Virus record (IMG/VR): IMGVR_UViG_3300017700_000575 | Span: 1 to 40,914 of that record | Reading direction: 5' to 3' (one strand) | Source of the DNA: a virus | Lineage: Duplodnaviria; Caudoviricetes | DNA: 40,914 bases | Shown: piece after piece, positions 22,658 through 32,543 of the stretch | Position numbering within the stretch: position 1 is the stretch's first letter | Layout: every line of letters starts with the position of its first letter | Notes under the pieces: generated by a model | The model's database searches: none | What the model was told of the DNA's origin: nothing | What the model saw: the letters and a program-made list of their open reading frames with translations, nothing else | Position numbers and translations under genes: made by a program

Positions 22658-23053
22658 GTGAGCAAATCACCGGACATAACACAGCGCCTAGACGTCAACA
22701 CAGCAAAAGCTGGCCCCGACGATTGCTGGATTTGGACGGGTGAGGTAGCGCCTACCGGCTACGGTACCCTGAAGGTCGGCAATCGGAACGTGCGAGCCCA
22801 TAGGCTCGTGTATGAGTTGAGCCACGGTTCAATCCCAGCCGGAAAGCTGGTTTGCCATCGCTGCGATAATCGCCGCTGCGCAAACCCAGCCCATCTGTTC
22901 ATCGGCACCCATCGAGACAACACCCAAGACATGATCGCCAAGGGGCGTGATCGGTTTTTCGGGCGCGAAAGCGTAAGCCGTCACCGGCGCGAAGAAGTGG
23001 ACACCTGGCGCGATGTTTGTGCGCCGGACAGCCACGATTTGCGCATTCCGTAA
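22658..23053 (+). CDS. HNH endonuclease (homing type)
   Basis: CWIWTG; GYG; AHR..YEL..G.IP; VCHRCDNRRCANPAHLFIGT..DN..DM..KGR. Confidence 0.92.
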   Translation: MSKSPDITQRLDVNTAKAGPDDCWIWTGEVAPTGYGTLKVGNRNVRAHRLVYELSHGSIPAGKLVCHRCDNRRCANPAHLFIGTHRDNTQDMIAKGRDRFFGRESVSRHRREEVDTWRDVCAPDSHDLRIP

Positions 23054-23074
23054 CGCAACAGCGAGCATCGGCAC

Positions 23075-24253
23075 ATGGCCGCACAGGCCACTCATCATCA
23101 AGCAGTCCAGGATTTCCTTCCCGTCCTCGAAAACTGGTTCGGGCAGGACATGGCGTTGCTGTATCGCAACCCGCCGGCCCGCAAAGACGGCATCCTTATG
23201 GGATGCCCGATCTTCGGCGAGAAATACCTCGCCCGATTCGAGCAGTATTGTCTGCCGTCCCTGATGGCCCCGCAGAACCTGGCTGTCCTCAAGGGCCGTG
23301 CCCGCCTGGTGCTCTACACCGACGCTGACAGCTTCATCCACCTCTGGTCTATCACCCGCAAGCTGGAAGGCCTGGGCATCGAGGTCCAGCTTCCCCTGAT
23401 CCCGCCCGAGGTCATGGCGCACTTCCCCCGTGGCCTGCATCCCGACGACCCGCGGCAACTCAACAAATACTGGATCCTTGGCGTCGCGCAGAACGTGCTG
23501 GTGCAAATGGCCGGTCGCGCCGGCATGGCCTTCCACGCCCTGCACCCCGACCACGTCTACGCCCAAGCCTACTTCCCCAACATGGACCGCCTCCTCAAGG
23601 CCGGCCACGACAACCTCGCCCAGACCGGCATCAGCGCCAATATCCAGACCGCGGCGGCTGAACTCGAGAAATACCGCCTGTCTACGGGCGAACTTGTCAT
23701 CAGCGATCGGAACCTCGGCGACCTTGGTTGGCGTCATCTCCACAAGCAGACCCGCGCCAGCCTGATGAACTCGGCCGACATGGAGAACAGCCTTCCGCAT
23801 AGCCATTTCCTGGCCTGGCAGGGCAGGGACGCCCTCCACCTCTACAGCTGCCACATGAACGCCGTGCACCTCTCCCCGGCCAAATGCGCGGCTGCAGGAA
23901 CGCGTCTGCCGGCCACCCTTGACGCTGAGTTGCCAAGCTTCATGGGACAGGAATTCTACGTCCCCACCCCTGAAGATGGCCTGACCTTCATCGAAGTAAG
24001 CGACGACACCAAGGAAGCGGAGGAGGGCGACGTGCCCTTCACGGAATTCGCGCGCCGCTGGTGGCTTCACGTCCGCTTCTCCGACGACTGGATGAAATAC
24101 TCCAACACCGTCTGCAAGGTGCCCATCCACGAGCAGGACAATTTCATCAGCGATGAGGAAATCGAGGCGCAGCACGAAGCCTTGGTGAGCCGGCTCGAGG
24201 CGGCCAAGGGCGATCTCGCCATTGCCTTCATCCAGAAGCTGGGATCGGCTTAA
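23075..24253 (+). CDS. 392-aa putative glycosyltransferase-like (GT-A-like) protein
   Basis: P.FGEKY...F..YCLPSL.AP.NL; LVLYTD; HPDH at a DxD-like position; good codon usage; function is inference. Confidence 0.5.
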   Translation: MAAQATHHQAVQDFLPVLENWFGQDMALLYRNPPARKDGILMGCPIFGEKYLARFEQYCLPSLMAPQNLAVLKGRARLVLYTDADSFIHLWSITRKLEGLGIEVQLPLIPPEVMAHFPRGLHPDDPRQLNKYWILGVAQNVLVQMAGRAGMAFHALHPDHVYAQAYFPNMDRLLKAGHDNLAQTGISANIQTAAAELEKYRLSTGELVISDRNLGDLGWRHLHKQTRASLMNSADMENSLPHSHFLAWQGRDALHLYSCHMNAVHLSPAKCAAAGTRLPATLDAELPSFMGQEFYVPTPEDGLTFIEVSDDTKEAEEGDVPFTEFARRWWLHVRFSDDWMKYSNTVCKVPIHEQDNFISDEEIEAQHEALVSRLEAAKGDLAIAFIQKLGSA

Positions 24254-24255
24254 TA

Positions 24256-24450
24256 ATGAGCGCAGCCCTACTTACGCGCGGCGCCCTGTTCGCCGACTAC
24301 ATTGATCAGCCAGACACGGCCAAGCGAACGAGGCTTGCCGTGCAGGCGATCCCGTTTGCTCTGCCGGAGAGGCCTGTAACCAGGCAGGACGAGCACGCGC
24401 GGGCCGGCCGCATCAATCAGAAGAGCCAAGCGCTGGGGGCCGATCAATAA
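24256..24450 (+). CDS. Hypothetical protein
   Basis: Fills the gap; TAATG coupling to terS. Confidence 0.45.
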   Translation: MSAALLTRGALFADYIDQPDTAKRTRLAVQAIPFALPERPVTRQDEHARAGRINQKSQALGADQ

Positions 24451-24896
24451 TGGCCCTGACAGCAAAACAGCAGCGTTTCGTTGCTGAATACCTGATCGAC
24501 CTGAACGCCACGCAGGCGGCCATCCGTGCCGGCTACAGCGAGAAGACCGCCTACAGCATTGGCGGCGAGAACCTGAAGAAACCTGAAATTGCCGATGCCG
24601 TGGCTGCAGGGCAGGCCAAGCGCGCGGGTGTGGTCGAAATCACCGCTGAGAAGGTGCTGCGCGACCTTGAGGAGGTGCGCGTCATGGCCCTCAAGGACGG
24701 CGCCTATGGGCCGGCCGCCAAGGCCATCGAGCTTTGCGGCAAGCATATCGGCATGTTCGTTGAGCGCAGCGAAAGCAGCGTGACCCTCAACAACGCGATC
24801 GATCGGCCTCCGCAGGAGACGCGAGAGCAGTGGATCGCGCGTAGGCAAAAGGAGTTGGCGGGTGCGATGGGCCCCACAGCCGGGACCGCAGACTGA
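24450..24896 (+). CDS. terS: Terminase small subunit
   Basis: LTAKQQRFVAEYLIDLNATQAAIRAGYSEKTA. Confidence 0.95.
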   Translation: MALTAKQQRFVAEYLIDLNATQAAIRAGYSEKTAYSIGGENLKKPEIADAVAAGQAKRAGVVEITAEKVLRDLEEVRVMALKDGAYGPAAKAIELCGKHIGMFVERSESSVTLNNAIDRPPQETREQWIARRQKELAGAMGPTAGTAD

Positions 24897-26355
24897 TGCG
24901 ATCACAGCCAACTGGTGCGAAGAGCTGTTCTACGGTGGTGCCGCAGGCGGGGGGAAGACTGACTTCCTGCTGGGCGACTACCTGCAGGACGTGGAGCACT
25001 TCGGCGCGGCGTGGCAGGGCATCCTGTTTCGCCGCTCCATGCCTGAGCTCGAGGAAATCATCGGGCGCAGCCAAGAGCTATTCCCGCAGACGGGCGCCGT
25101 ATGGCGTGAGCAGAACAAACGCTGGCACTGGCCGAACGGGGCCAAGCTTCGGCTGCGCTACCTTGAGGCCGACCGCGACGCCACGAGATACCAGGGCGGC
25201 GCGTACACATGGATTGGCTGGGACGAGCTTGGCCAGCATCCCACGCCTTTCGGCTACAAATACCTGCGCGGACGCCTTCGCTCGGCTCATCCCGTCAGCC
25301 GCAAGCGCATCCGCTCGTCTGCCAATCCTGGCGGCGTTGGCCACCACTGGCTTAAGGCCAAGTTCGTGACCCCGGCTCCCCTGGGTGGCGTCCTGCTGAA
25401 GGACCCGGACACGAATGGCGACGTGATGTTCATCCGCGCCAAGCTGGCGGACAACAAAATCCTCGTGGCCAACGATCCACAGTATCGCGAGCGCTTGAAA
25501 GGCATGGGCTCGGAAGCGCTCGTCAAGGCGTGGCTGGATGGCAACTGGGATGTCATCGCTGGGGCGTTCTTCGCGGAATTCGATGTCGAGAAGCACGTCG
25601 TTCCGCCGCAGCACCTTCCCGAGGACTGGCCGCGATTCCGGTCGATGGACTGGGGCTCTGCAAAGCCCTTCAGCGTGGGCTGGTGGGCATTGAGCGATGG
25701 TTCTCTGCCCGCGTTCCCGCGCGGCGCACTGATCCGATACCGAGAGTGGTACGGCGTGAAGACCAAGGAAAACGGCACATTCGAGCCCAATGTCGGCATC
25801 AAGTTGCCGGCTGAAGACGTGGGAAGCGGCATCGCCGAGCGCGAGGCTGCGGAGACGATCAACAACGGCGCGTCGGTGCTCGATCCCTCGGCTTTCGACA
25901 ACTCAGGAGGCCCGAGCTACGCGGAGCGCATTACCAACGGTGGTGGCAAGTCGGACGAGGGCGTGAGCCGCGTCGCCTTCCGCAGGGCCGACAACAAGCG
26001 CGTAGGCAAACTGGGCGCCATGGGTGGCTGGGATCAGGTCCGCGCCCGCCTCAAGGGCGAGAACGGCAAGCCCATGATCTATTTCTTCGAGACCTGCACG
26101 CACGCCATTCGTACGTTGCCAGCCCTCCAGCATGACGAACTCAGGCCCGAGGACGTGGACAGCGAGGGCGAGGACCACGCGCCCGACGAGATCCGCTACG
26201 CCTGCATGAGCCGCCCCTACCTGCCCAAGAGCATGCCGAAGGAGGAGCCGGTGTTCCCCGGCATCCCGATCGGCGGGGCTCAGCCCGGCGTGCGCATCAA
26301 GACGCCGACCATGGATCAGCTGTGGAAAGACCACGCCAAGGGAGCGACTGAGTAA
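24862..26355 (+). CDS. terL: Terminase large subunit
   Basis: PQPGPQ; YGGAAGGGKT Walker A; WDEL Walker B; SANPGG; MDWG; EDHAPDE.RY. Confidence 0.95.
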   Translation: MRWAPQPGPQTDAITANWCEELFYGGAAGGGKTDFLLGDYLQDVEHFGAAWQGILFRRSMPELEEIIGRSQELFPQTGAVWREQNKRWHWPNGAKLRLRYLEADRDATRYQGGAYTWIGWDELGQHPTPFGYKYLRGRLRSAHPVSRKRIRSSANPGGVGHHWLKAKFVTPAPLGGVLLKDPDTNGDVMFIRAKLADNKILVANDPQYRERLKGMGSEALVKAWLDGNWDVIAGAFFAEFDVEKHVVPPQHLPEDWPRFRSMDWGSAKPFSVGWWALSDGSLPAFPRGALIRYREWYGVKTKENGTFEPNVGIKLPAEDVGSGIAEREAAETINNGASVLDPSAFDNSGGPSYAERITNGGGKSDEGVSRVAFRRADNKRVGKLGAMGGWDQVRARLKGENGKPMIYFFETCTHAIRTLPALQHDELRPEDVDSEGEDHAPDEIRYACMSRPYLPKSMPKEEPVFPGIPIGGAQPGVRIKTPTMDQLWKDHAKGATE

Positions 26356-28601
26356 TGGCCCTCGCACCAGCCCTCTACGACCCCCCGGCGACCGAAGACG
26401 ACCAGCGCGACGGGCCGCCCAAGCGCACCCCCGCGCAGATCGCACAGTATTGGCTCGACGCCATCCAGTCGGCCGAGAAGAAGCGCAAGCCCTACATCAC
26501 GCGCGGCAAGCAGATCATCAAGCGCTTCAAGAACAAGCGCACCCTGACCACGCTGGGCGTGCCGGTCGCCACGCGGCGCATGAACGTCCTGTGGAGCAAC
26601 GTTCAGACCCAAAAGCCGGTGCTCTACAGCCAGACGCCCAAGGCCAACGTATCGCGCCGCAACAAGGCCAAGGACCCCATCGGGCGCACGGCGGCGATTG
26701 TCCTCCAGAATTGCCTGCAGAACTCGCTGGGCATGGAGGACTTCGACTACGTGATGGGGCAGGTGGTCGAGGATCGCCTGCTGCCGGGCTGCGGCGAGGC
26801 CATGGTCGAATACGTGCCCGAGGTGGCCGAGGACCAGGTGGGATGGCAGGCCGCAGAAACGCGCTACCTCAATTGGCAGGACTTCCTGACCAACGTCGCC
26901 CGCACCTGGCAGGAAGTGACGTGGTTCGCCTACAAGGTCTATCTCACGCGCCGCGAGTGCTACGACGTTGCGCTGACCAACTCCAAGACCGATGAGAATC
27001 CCGAGGGGGACAAGGCCTTTGCTGACGACGTATGGCGGGAAATCACCCTCGACCACAAGGAGGACAAGAAGGCTGACGGCTCGGAGATGCGCGACGACAC
27101 CGCGCCGGCCAAGGCTACCGTGTGGTGCATCTGGGACAAGACCAGCGGCAACGTGATCCAGATCTCGCCGGGCTACCCCAAGGCCCCGCTGGGCGTGATG
27201 CCGCCGCCCGTGAAATTCGATGGGTTTTTCCCCATCCCCCGCCCGTTGCAGAGCACCACGTCGAATGACAGCACCATTCCGGTGCCGGATTTCGAGCAGT
27301 ACGTGGACCAGGCCGACGAAATCGACCTGCTGACCCAGCGTATCGGTATCCTGACGAAGGCCCTCAAGGTGCGTGGCTTGTACCCCGCCGACATGGACAG
27401 CCTGAAGCTGCTGGCCGACAGCGGCGACGCGGACATGATCCCCTACGACCAGTTCCAGCTCATTCAGGAGCGGGGCGGGGCCGAGGGGCTGATCGTGTGG
27501 TTCCCGGTCGAGACGATCGCCAAGACCCTGGTGCAGTGCATCGAGCTTCGCCAGAACGCGCTCGAGATCATGTACGAGATCACGGGCATCTCGGATATCC
27601 GCCGTGGGCAGACCGAGGCCAGCGAGACGGCGACGGCCCAGCAGCTCAAAGCGCAGTACGGCGCGGTTCGGATTCGCGACAGCCAGCGCGACGTGCAGCG
27701 CTTCATCCGCGACCTGTTGCGGCTCAAGGCTGAGATCATCTGCGAGCAGTTCTCGCTGGAGGTGATCAAGGCCATGGCGGGCGTGAAGCTGCTGAGCGAG
27801 AAGGAAAAGCAGCTTGTGCAGCGCGCCGCGCAGATTTGGGACCAATTCGGCCAGATGGCTGCTCAGGCCCAGCAGGAGGGCGTGCAGCCGCCTCCGCAGC
27901 CGCCCGTCCCCCAGCCGTCCCCCGAGATGATCGAGGCGCTGGAGGAACCCTCGTGGGATCAGGTGATGGGCATCCTGCGCAACGAGAAGCTGCGCGGCTT
28001 CATCGTGGACGTGGAGACCGACTCGACCATCGAGCCCGACCAGCAGGCCGCCCAGCAGTCGGCGTCCGGCTTCGTGGAGGCCGTGACGGCGTTTATGACC
28101 GCGGCACTGCCGATCGTGCAGGCCGAGCCCCAGGCAGCCGACATGATGGGCGAAATGCTGTCATGGGCGGCCAACCAGTGGAAGGGCGCCGATACGATCG
28201 TGGGCTCGATCGATGAGTTCGTGGACAAGGTCAAGAAGAAGGCCGAGGAGGCGGAAAAGAACCCGCCGCCGCCCCCGCCCGAAGTGCAGGCCGAGCAGAT
28301 CAAGGCTCAGGCGGAAGGCCAGAAGGCGCAGGCCGACGTGGCCATGGTGCAGCTCAAGGCCAACACCGAAGCGCAGCAGGCCCAGATGGACATGCAGGCC
28401 AAGTTTGCCGAGTTCCAGATGGAGATGACGAAGCTCCGCGCGGAGATCGAGGCGCTTGCCCAACAGAACCAGCTCAAGGCCGAGGACATGGTGCGGAGCC
28501 AGGAGGCGGCCGAGCACGGCCACGAGTTGAAGCTGGAGACCATGGACGCGCAGGCGCGGGCTCGACAGGAAGCCGCGGAAACTGGAGGTGCAGATGCGTA
28601 A
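26355..28601 (+). CDS. Portal protein (podovirus type, long Gln/Ala-rich C-terminal coil)
   Basis: Follows terL; 748 aa; YEITGISDIRRG....ETATAQ. Confidence 0.88.
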   Translation: MALAPALYDPPATEDDQRDGPPKRTPAQIAQYWLDAIQSAEKKRKPYITRGKQIIKRFKNKRTLTTLGVPVATRRMNVLWSNVQTQKPVLYSQTPKANVSRRNKAKDPIGRTAAIVLQNCLQNSLGMEDFDYVMGQVVEDRLLPGCGEAMVEYVPEVAEDQVGWQAAETRYLNWQDFLTNVARTWQEVTWFAYKVYLTRRECYDVALTNSKTDENPEGDKAFADDVWREITLDHKEDKKADGSEMRDDTAPAKATVWCIWDKTSGNVIQISPGYPKAPLGVMPPPVKFDGFFPIPRPLQSTTSNDSTIPVPDFEQYVDQADEIDLLTQRIGILTKALKVRGLYPADMDSLKLLADSGDADMIPYDQFQLIQERGGAEGLIVWFPVETIAKTLVQCIELRQNALEIMYEITGISDIRRGQTEASETATAQQLKAQYGAVRIRDSQRDVQRFIRDLLRLKAEIICEQFSLEVIKAMAGVKLLSEKEKQLVQRAAQIWDQFGQMAAQAQQEGVQPPPQPPVPQPSPEMIEALEEPSWDQVMGILRNEKLRGFIVDVETDSTIEPDQQAAQQSASGFVEAVTAFMTAALPIVQAEPQAADMMGEMLSWAANQWKGADTIVGSIDEFVDKVKKKAEEAEKNPPPPPPEVQAEQIKAQAEGQKAQADVAMVQLKANTEAQQAQMDMQAKFAEFQMEMTKLRAEIEALAQQNQLKAEDMVRSQEAAEHGHELKLETMDAQARARQEAAETGGADA

Positions 28602-28947
28602 GCGATACCGCTACGACGCCGACTTGGATTGCGTGGTCGAGATCGGCGGCAACTACTTCGAGGAGCGCCCCCAAGGCCCCAACGTCATCAGCGACGCCAT
28701 CGGCGGCGTGAATGGCGTGCTCCACCTGCCGAGCGGCAAGCACCTCGACTCCAAGAGCGCGCACTACAAGGAAAACAAGCGGCGCGGTCTGGAGCATGTG
28801 GGCAACGAGGAAAACTTCGCCAGCAAGCGCGAGAAGCCCAACGGGGATTACTACGTGCGCGAGGCCATCACGGCCCAGCAGCAGATCGCTGGGAATTGGA
28901 ACGGCACTGCCGACTGGCTGGCTCGGCAGAAGGAGCGACGCCAGTGA
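28594..28947 (+). CDS. Conserved small protein between portal and scaffold
   Basis: GGAGG RBS; P.VISD..GK..DSKS motif. Confidence 0.7.
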   Translation: MRKRYRYDADLDCVVEIGGNYFEERPQGPNVISDAIGGVNGVLHLPSGKHLDSKSAHYKENKRRGLEHVGNEENFASKREKPNGDYYVREAITAQQQIAGNWNGTADWLARQKERRQ

Positions 28948-29147
28948 AAGATTTGCAAATCGTAGAATCGGCATTCGGCCCCACAATTCGAATCATGGGA
29001 CCGCCCACCGGGCGGCCAGGAGAGCGCGTGTTTATGGCCTGCTTTCCTCAAGACTTCCCATACAGGAACACAACGACTTCGCGTGCCGAAGCAGAGCGCG
29101 AGCTAGAGCGCCTTCAAATTCTAGAATCCTGCAGCCTCCTAAACTAG
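28944..29147 (+). CDS. Hypothetical low-GC insert (67 aa)
   Basis: GTGA coupling; AAGGAG RBS. Confidence 0.4.
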   Translation: MKDLQIVESAFGPTIRIMGPPTGRPGERVFMACFPQDFPYRNTTTSRAEAERELERLQILESCSLLN

Positions 29148-29162
29148 CCGGAAGGAATACCC

Positions 29163-30215
29163 ATGGCTGACCCAGACGCCCCCGATAACGTCATGGACGA
29201 CGTTCTGGCCGCACAGCGCGAGCTTGCCGGCGAGACGCCCGAGGCACCGCCGCAGGAGCCGGTCGAGCAAGAGCCACCGCAGGAGACCGCGCAGCAGGCC
29301 GCTGACCGCGCCCGCGACGAAGCCGGCCGGTTCAAGGCCAAGGAGCCTGAGACCAAGCCGCGCGAGACGCTGACGCTCAAGGACAAGCCGCAGACCGAGC
29401 AGCCTCAGGCACAGCCGGGCACGCCTGAGAAGCAGCCAGACCAGCCCGTCCCGCCGCCCGCCGAATGGAAGGGCGCCGGCAAGGTCCAGTGGAACAAGCT
29501 GCCCAAGGCGGTGCAGGCCGAATTGCGCGAGACCTACGAGAGCGTCGCCGCCCAGCGCGAGCAGTACGCCCCGCTCGAGGCCGCCATCGCCCCGCATCGC
29601 GAGGTCCTGCTGCGTGACGCCGGCAGCGTCGAGAACGGCGTCAATCAATTGATGCAGTTCTACCGCGCGTACCTTGACAATCCCGCTGGGCTCATCCAGC
29701 ATATCGCTCGCACACGAGGCATTGACCTCGGCGCGCCGCAAGGACAGCCCCAGCCGGGCACTCCGCAGCCGACGCCCGACATCAACAGCCTCATTGCGCA
29801 GACCGTCCAGCAGGCAATCGCTCCGATCCAAGAGCGTTTTGCGCAGACGGAGAACCAGCAACTCACTCAGACGATCGAGTCGTTTCGAGAAGATCCGAAA
29901 CACCCATACTTCGAAGACGTGCGCGTTCAGATGGGGCAGCTCCTGACCGCCGCCGCGAAGATGGGCCAGAAGATGACCCTCGATGACGCCTACGATCAGG
30001 CGATTTGGGCCAACCCAGCCATTCGGGCGCAGCTACTAGCTGACCAGGCCGAGGAAGCGAAGCGAAACCAAACCGCGCAGGTAGCAACGGCCCAACGGGC
30101 TCGCGCCGCCTCACTTCGCGGTTCGCCGCTTCCCAACCCCTCGGGAGGAGCGAGCCAAGGTTCATCGGTCCTCGATGATGTCCGCGCAGCAGCCGCGGAG
30201 ATGGCGGGGACTTAG
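29163..30215 (+). CDS. Capsid scaffolding protein
   Basis: Acidic, Pro-rich N-terminus; RDEAGRF; LDDAYDQAIWANP; precedes the capsid gene. Confidence 0.82.
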   Translation: MADPDAPDNVMDDVLAAQRELAGETPEAPPQEPVEQEPPQETAQQAADRARDEAGRFKAKEPETKPRETLTLKDKPQTEQPQAQPGTPEKQPDQPVPPPAEWKGAGKVQWNKLPKAVQAELRETYESVAAQREQYAPLEAAIAPHREVLLRDAGSVENGVNQLMQFYRAYLDNPAGLIQHIARTRGIDLGAPQGQPQPGTPQPTPDINSLIAQTVQQAIAPIQERFAQTENQQLTQTIESFREDPKHPYFEDVRVQMGQLLTAAAKMGQKMTLDDAYDQAIWANPAIRAQLLADQAEEAKRNQTAQVATAQRARAASLRGSPLPNPSGGASQGSSVLDDVRAAAAEMAGT

Positions 30216-30230
30216 CCGTAGGAAACTAGC

Positions 30231-31223
30231 ATGGCCGTGCCCGGCAATATCGGTGATCTCGTCACCACCACCCTGCGCAATCGCACCCGCAAGCTTGCGA
30301 ACAACGTGACGCGCAACAACGCCATCCTGCGCGAGTTGAGCAAGCGCGGCAACGGCCTCATGCCGTTCGATGGCGGTCGAGTAATCGACCAGGAAATCAA
30401 CTACGCCAACAACACCAACGCGACCTGGTACGCCGGGTACGAGACGGTGGCGATCAATCCGCAGGAGACTTTCTCCATGGCGGAATTCGACATGAAGCTG
30501 CTCGCGGTCGCGGTCAGCATCAGCGGCGAAGAGATGCTGAAGAACAGCGGCGCCGAGCGCTCGATCAACCTCGTTGCCTCCCGCGTCCAGAACGCCGAGG
30601 ACACCATGGACAACGTGGTGGCCGGCTCGATGTACTCGGACGGCACCGGCTCGGGCGGCAAGGAGATCGGCGGCCTGCAGTTGCTGGTGGCCAAGACCCC
30701 GACCAACACCGTGGGCGGCATCTCGCGCTCGACGTGGCCTTTCTGGGCCAACATCGCGCAGAGCGGGACGACCTTCACGGGCGCCGCCATCCAGGCCAGC
30801 ATGAACACGCTGTACCTGCAGCTGGTTCGCGGCAACGACGGCCCGAAGATCATCCTGGCCGACAACACCTCGTATGCGGCCTATCTGGCCAGCATGCAGA
30901 CCATCCAGCGCGTCACGGACCCCGACTGGGCGAGCGCCGGCTTCAAGAACCTCGCCTACATGGGCAATGTCCCCGTCATCCTCGACGGCGGCTATCAGGG
31001 CTCGACGGCGCCGCCGCCCGGCCCGGCCATCGGCGGCTCGCCTGCCTCGACCATGTACTTCCTCAACACGAAGTACCTGCATTTCCGCCCCCACCAGGAC
31101 CGCAACATGGTCGTGATGGATCCTGACCGTTACTCCACCAACCAGGACGCTGTGATCAAGCTGATCGGCTGGGCGGGCAACATGACGATCAGCAACGGCT
31201 TCCTCCAGGGCGTCCTGTTCTAG
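30231..31223 (+). CDS. Major capsid protein
   Basis: 330 aa after scaffold; TTL.NR..KLA.NVT.NNA; YSDGT; GF..L.Y; YFLNT.Y; strong codon bias. Confidence 0.9.
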   Translation: MAVPGNIGDLVTTTLRNRTRKLANNVTRNNAILRELSKRGNGLMPFDGGRVIDQEINYANNTNATWYAGYETVAINPQETFSMAEFDMKLLAVAVSISGEEMLKNSGAERSINLVASRVQNAEDTMDNVVAGSMYSDGTGSGGKEIGGLQLLVAKTPTNTVGGISRSTWPFWANIAQSGTTFTGAAIQASMNTLYLQLVRGNDGPKIILADNTSYAAYLASMQTIQRVTDPDWASAGFKNLAYMGNVPVILDGGYQGSTAPPPGPAIGGSPASTMYFLNTKYLHFRPHQDRNMVVMDPDRYSTNQDAVIKLIGWAGNMTISNGFLQGVLF

Positions 31224-31245
31224 GCGCGGGAATAGGAGAAATCAC

Positions 31246-31830
31246 ATGACTTACACTCCCAATTGGGTTTCGGTGAACCTCCAGCTTGGCTGGCCCGCTC
31301 CTGGCACCGTCGACACCGGCAAGGTGGGCAGCGACGGCACGACCGTCGTTGACACCACGGTGCCGATCGGCACGCAGGCGCAGTTCCGCGACACCAGCCC
31401 GCTGGGGCTCGGGACTGGCACCTTCATCTTCCTGCCTGGTGTCACCAACACCGCGCGAGGCGACGTGGTCACCTACCGCCTCAGCAACGGCGGCGCCTCC
31501 TATGACCCGATCAGCGACGGTGCGGCTACCGCGCGCTGGACGGGCACCGGCAACACGGGCGCGCCGCTCGCGGTCGCCACGGCAGCCACGGACATCCAGA
31601 CGAAATGGGGCTGGTACCAGGTCCAGGGTGCCGCGGTGGTCAACGTCACCGGCACGATCGCGGCGGGCAACTCGGCCTACTTCGGCCAGACTGCCACGCT
31701 CGGCGCCACGGTCGCGGGCGGCAAGCAGGTCCTCGGCGCTGTCGCCAACTCGGCGGCCGGCGGCAACCTCGAGTCTGGCAAGGCGGTCTACACCCTGAAC
31801 AACCCGACCGTTCAGAGCCAGATCACCTAG
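31246..31830 (+). CDS. Capsid decoration/cement protein
   Basis: Directly after the capsid gene; G/T/A-rich; WGWYQVQG. Confidence 0.7.
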   Translation: MTYTPNWVSVNLQLGWPAPGTVDTGKVGSDGTTVVDTTVPIGTQAQFRDTSPLGLGTGTFIFLPGVTNTARGDVVTYRLSNGGASYDPISDGAATARWTGTGNTGAPLAVATAATDIQTKWGWYQVQGAAVVNVTGTIAAGNSAYFGQTATLGATVAGGKQVLGAVANSAAGGNLESGKAVYTLNNPTVQSQIT

Positions 31831-31841
31831 AGGGCGTCACC

Positions 31842-31870
31842 TGGCGGGGCTTCGGCCCCGCCACTCTTTT
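31842..31870 (+). terminator. Intrinsic terminator after the capsid genes
   Basis: TGGCGGGGC-TTCG-GCCCCGCCA followed by CTCTTTT. Confidence 0.8.
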
Positions 31871-31904
31871 CATCAACCCGGAAGCCCAAGGAGGCCATGG
31901 ACTC

Positions 31905-32543
31905 ATGAACGACCAGCCGCAGAGCTATCGCTGGAAGGACCCCAACCTCGGTCCGAACGCGCCCGCCCTCTACCTCTATTTTCTCCAGGAATCGCATGTG
32001 AACGTGGCCGAGACTGAGAAGGCCGGTGTGCAGACCTACGACAACGTGCTGGTGGGCTACATCGCGCCGACGCCGCAGTCGAAGTCCAACGCGGCCCACG
32101 AGATCCGCCGCACCCTGCCGGACGGCACGGTCAAGAACCACCCCATCTATTCGATGAAGTACGCCGAGCAGCTGAAGCACTACGACGCCAACGTGTCGGC
32201 CGAGTCGCTGGGCACCCCGCTGCGCGACCTCATCGGCATGACGCCGGCTACCATCATGAACCTGAAGGCCCGCGGCGTCGCCACGGTCGAGACCCTGGCC
32301 GAGATGCCGGACTCGATGGGCACTGAGTTGATGGGCTTCTGGGAATTGCGCGATCGCGCCAAGAAGCACCTCGAGCTTCGCGAGAAGGAAGCGCCGATGG
32401 TGCGCATGGCCGCGATCGAGGAGCGCCACAAGAACGAGGTCGACGCGCTGCACCGGCAGATCGAGGACCTGTCGGCCCGCGTCGAGGCCAAGGCCGAGAA
32501 GCGCGGCCCGGGCCGTCCGCCCAAGGTTCAGGAAGCCGCCTGA
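31905..32543 (+). CDS. Morphogenesis-region protein with HhH-like motif and AT-hook-like tail
   Basis: GTPL..L.G.TPA....LKARGV.TVE.LA; KRGPGRPPK. Confidence 0.75.
   Translation: MNDQPQSYRWKDPNLGPNAPALYLYFLQESHVNVAETEKAGVQTYDNVLVGYIAPTPQSKSNAAHEIRRTLPDGTVKNHPIYSMKYAEQLKHYDANVSAESLGTPLRDLIGMTPATIMNLKARGVATVETLAEMPDSMGTELMGFWELRDRAKKHLELREKEAPMVRMAAIEERHKNEVDALHRQIEDLSARVEAKAEKRGPGRPPKVQEAA

Noticed and set aside
26316-27845. Long antisense and alternate-frame ORFs (also 22829..24175, 30162..31094, 1365..2729, 7309..8178)
   Set aside because: Shadow ORFs of GC-rich genes with no RBS or domain motifs; only the last 52 aa of 1365..2729 is kept
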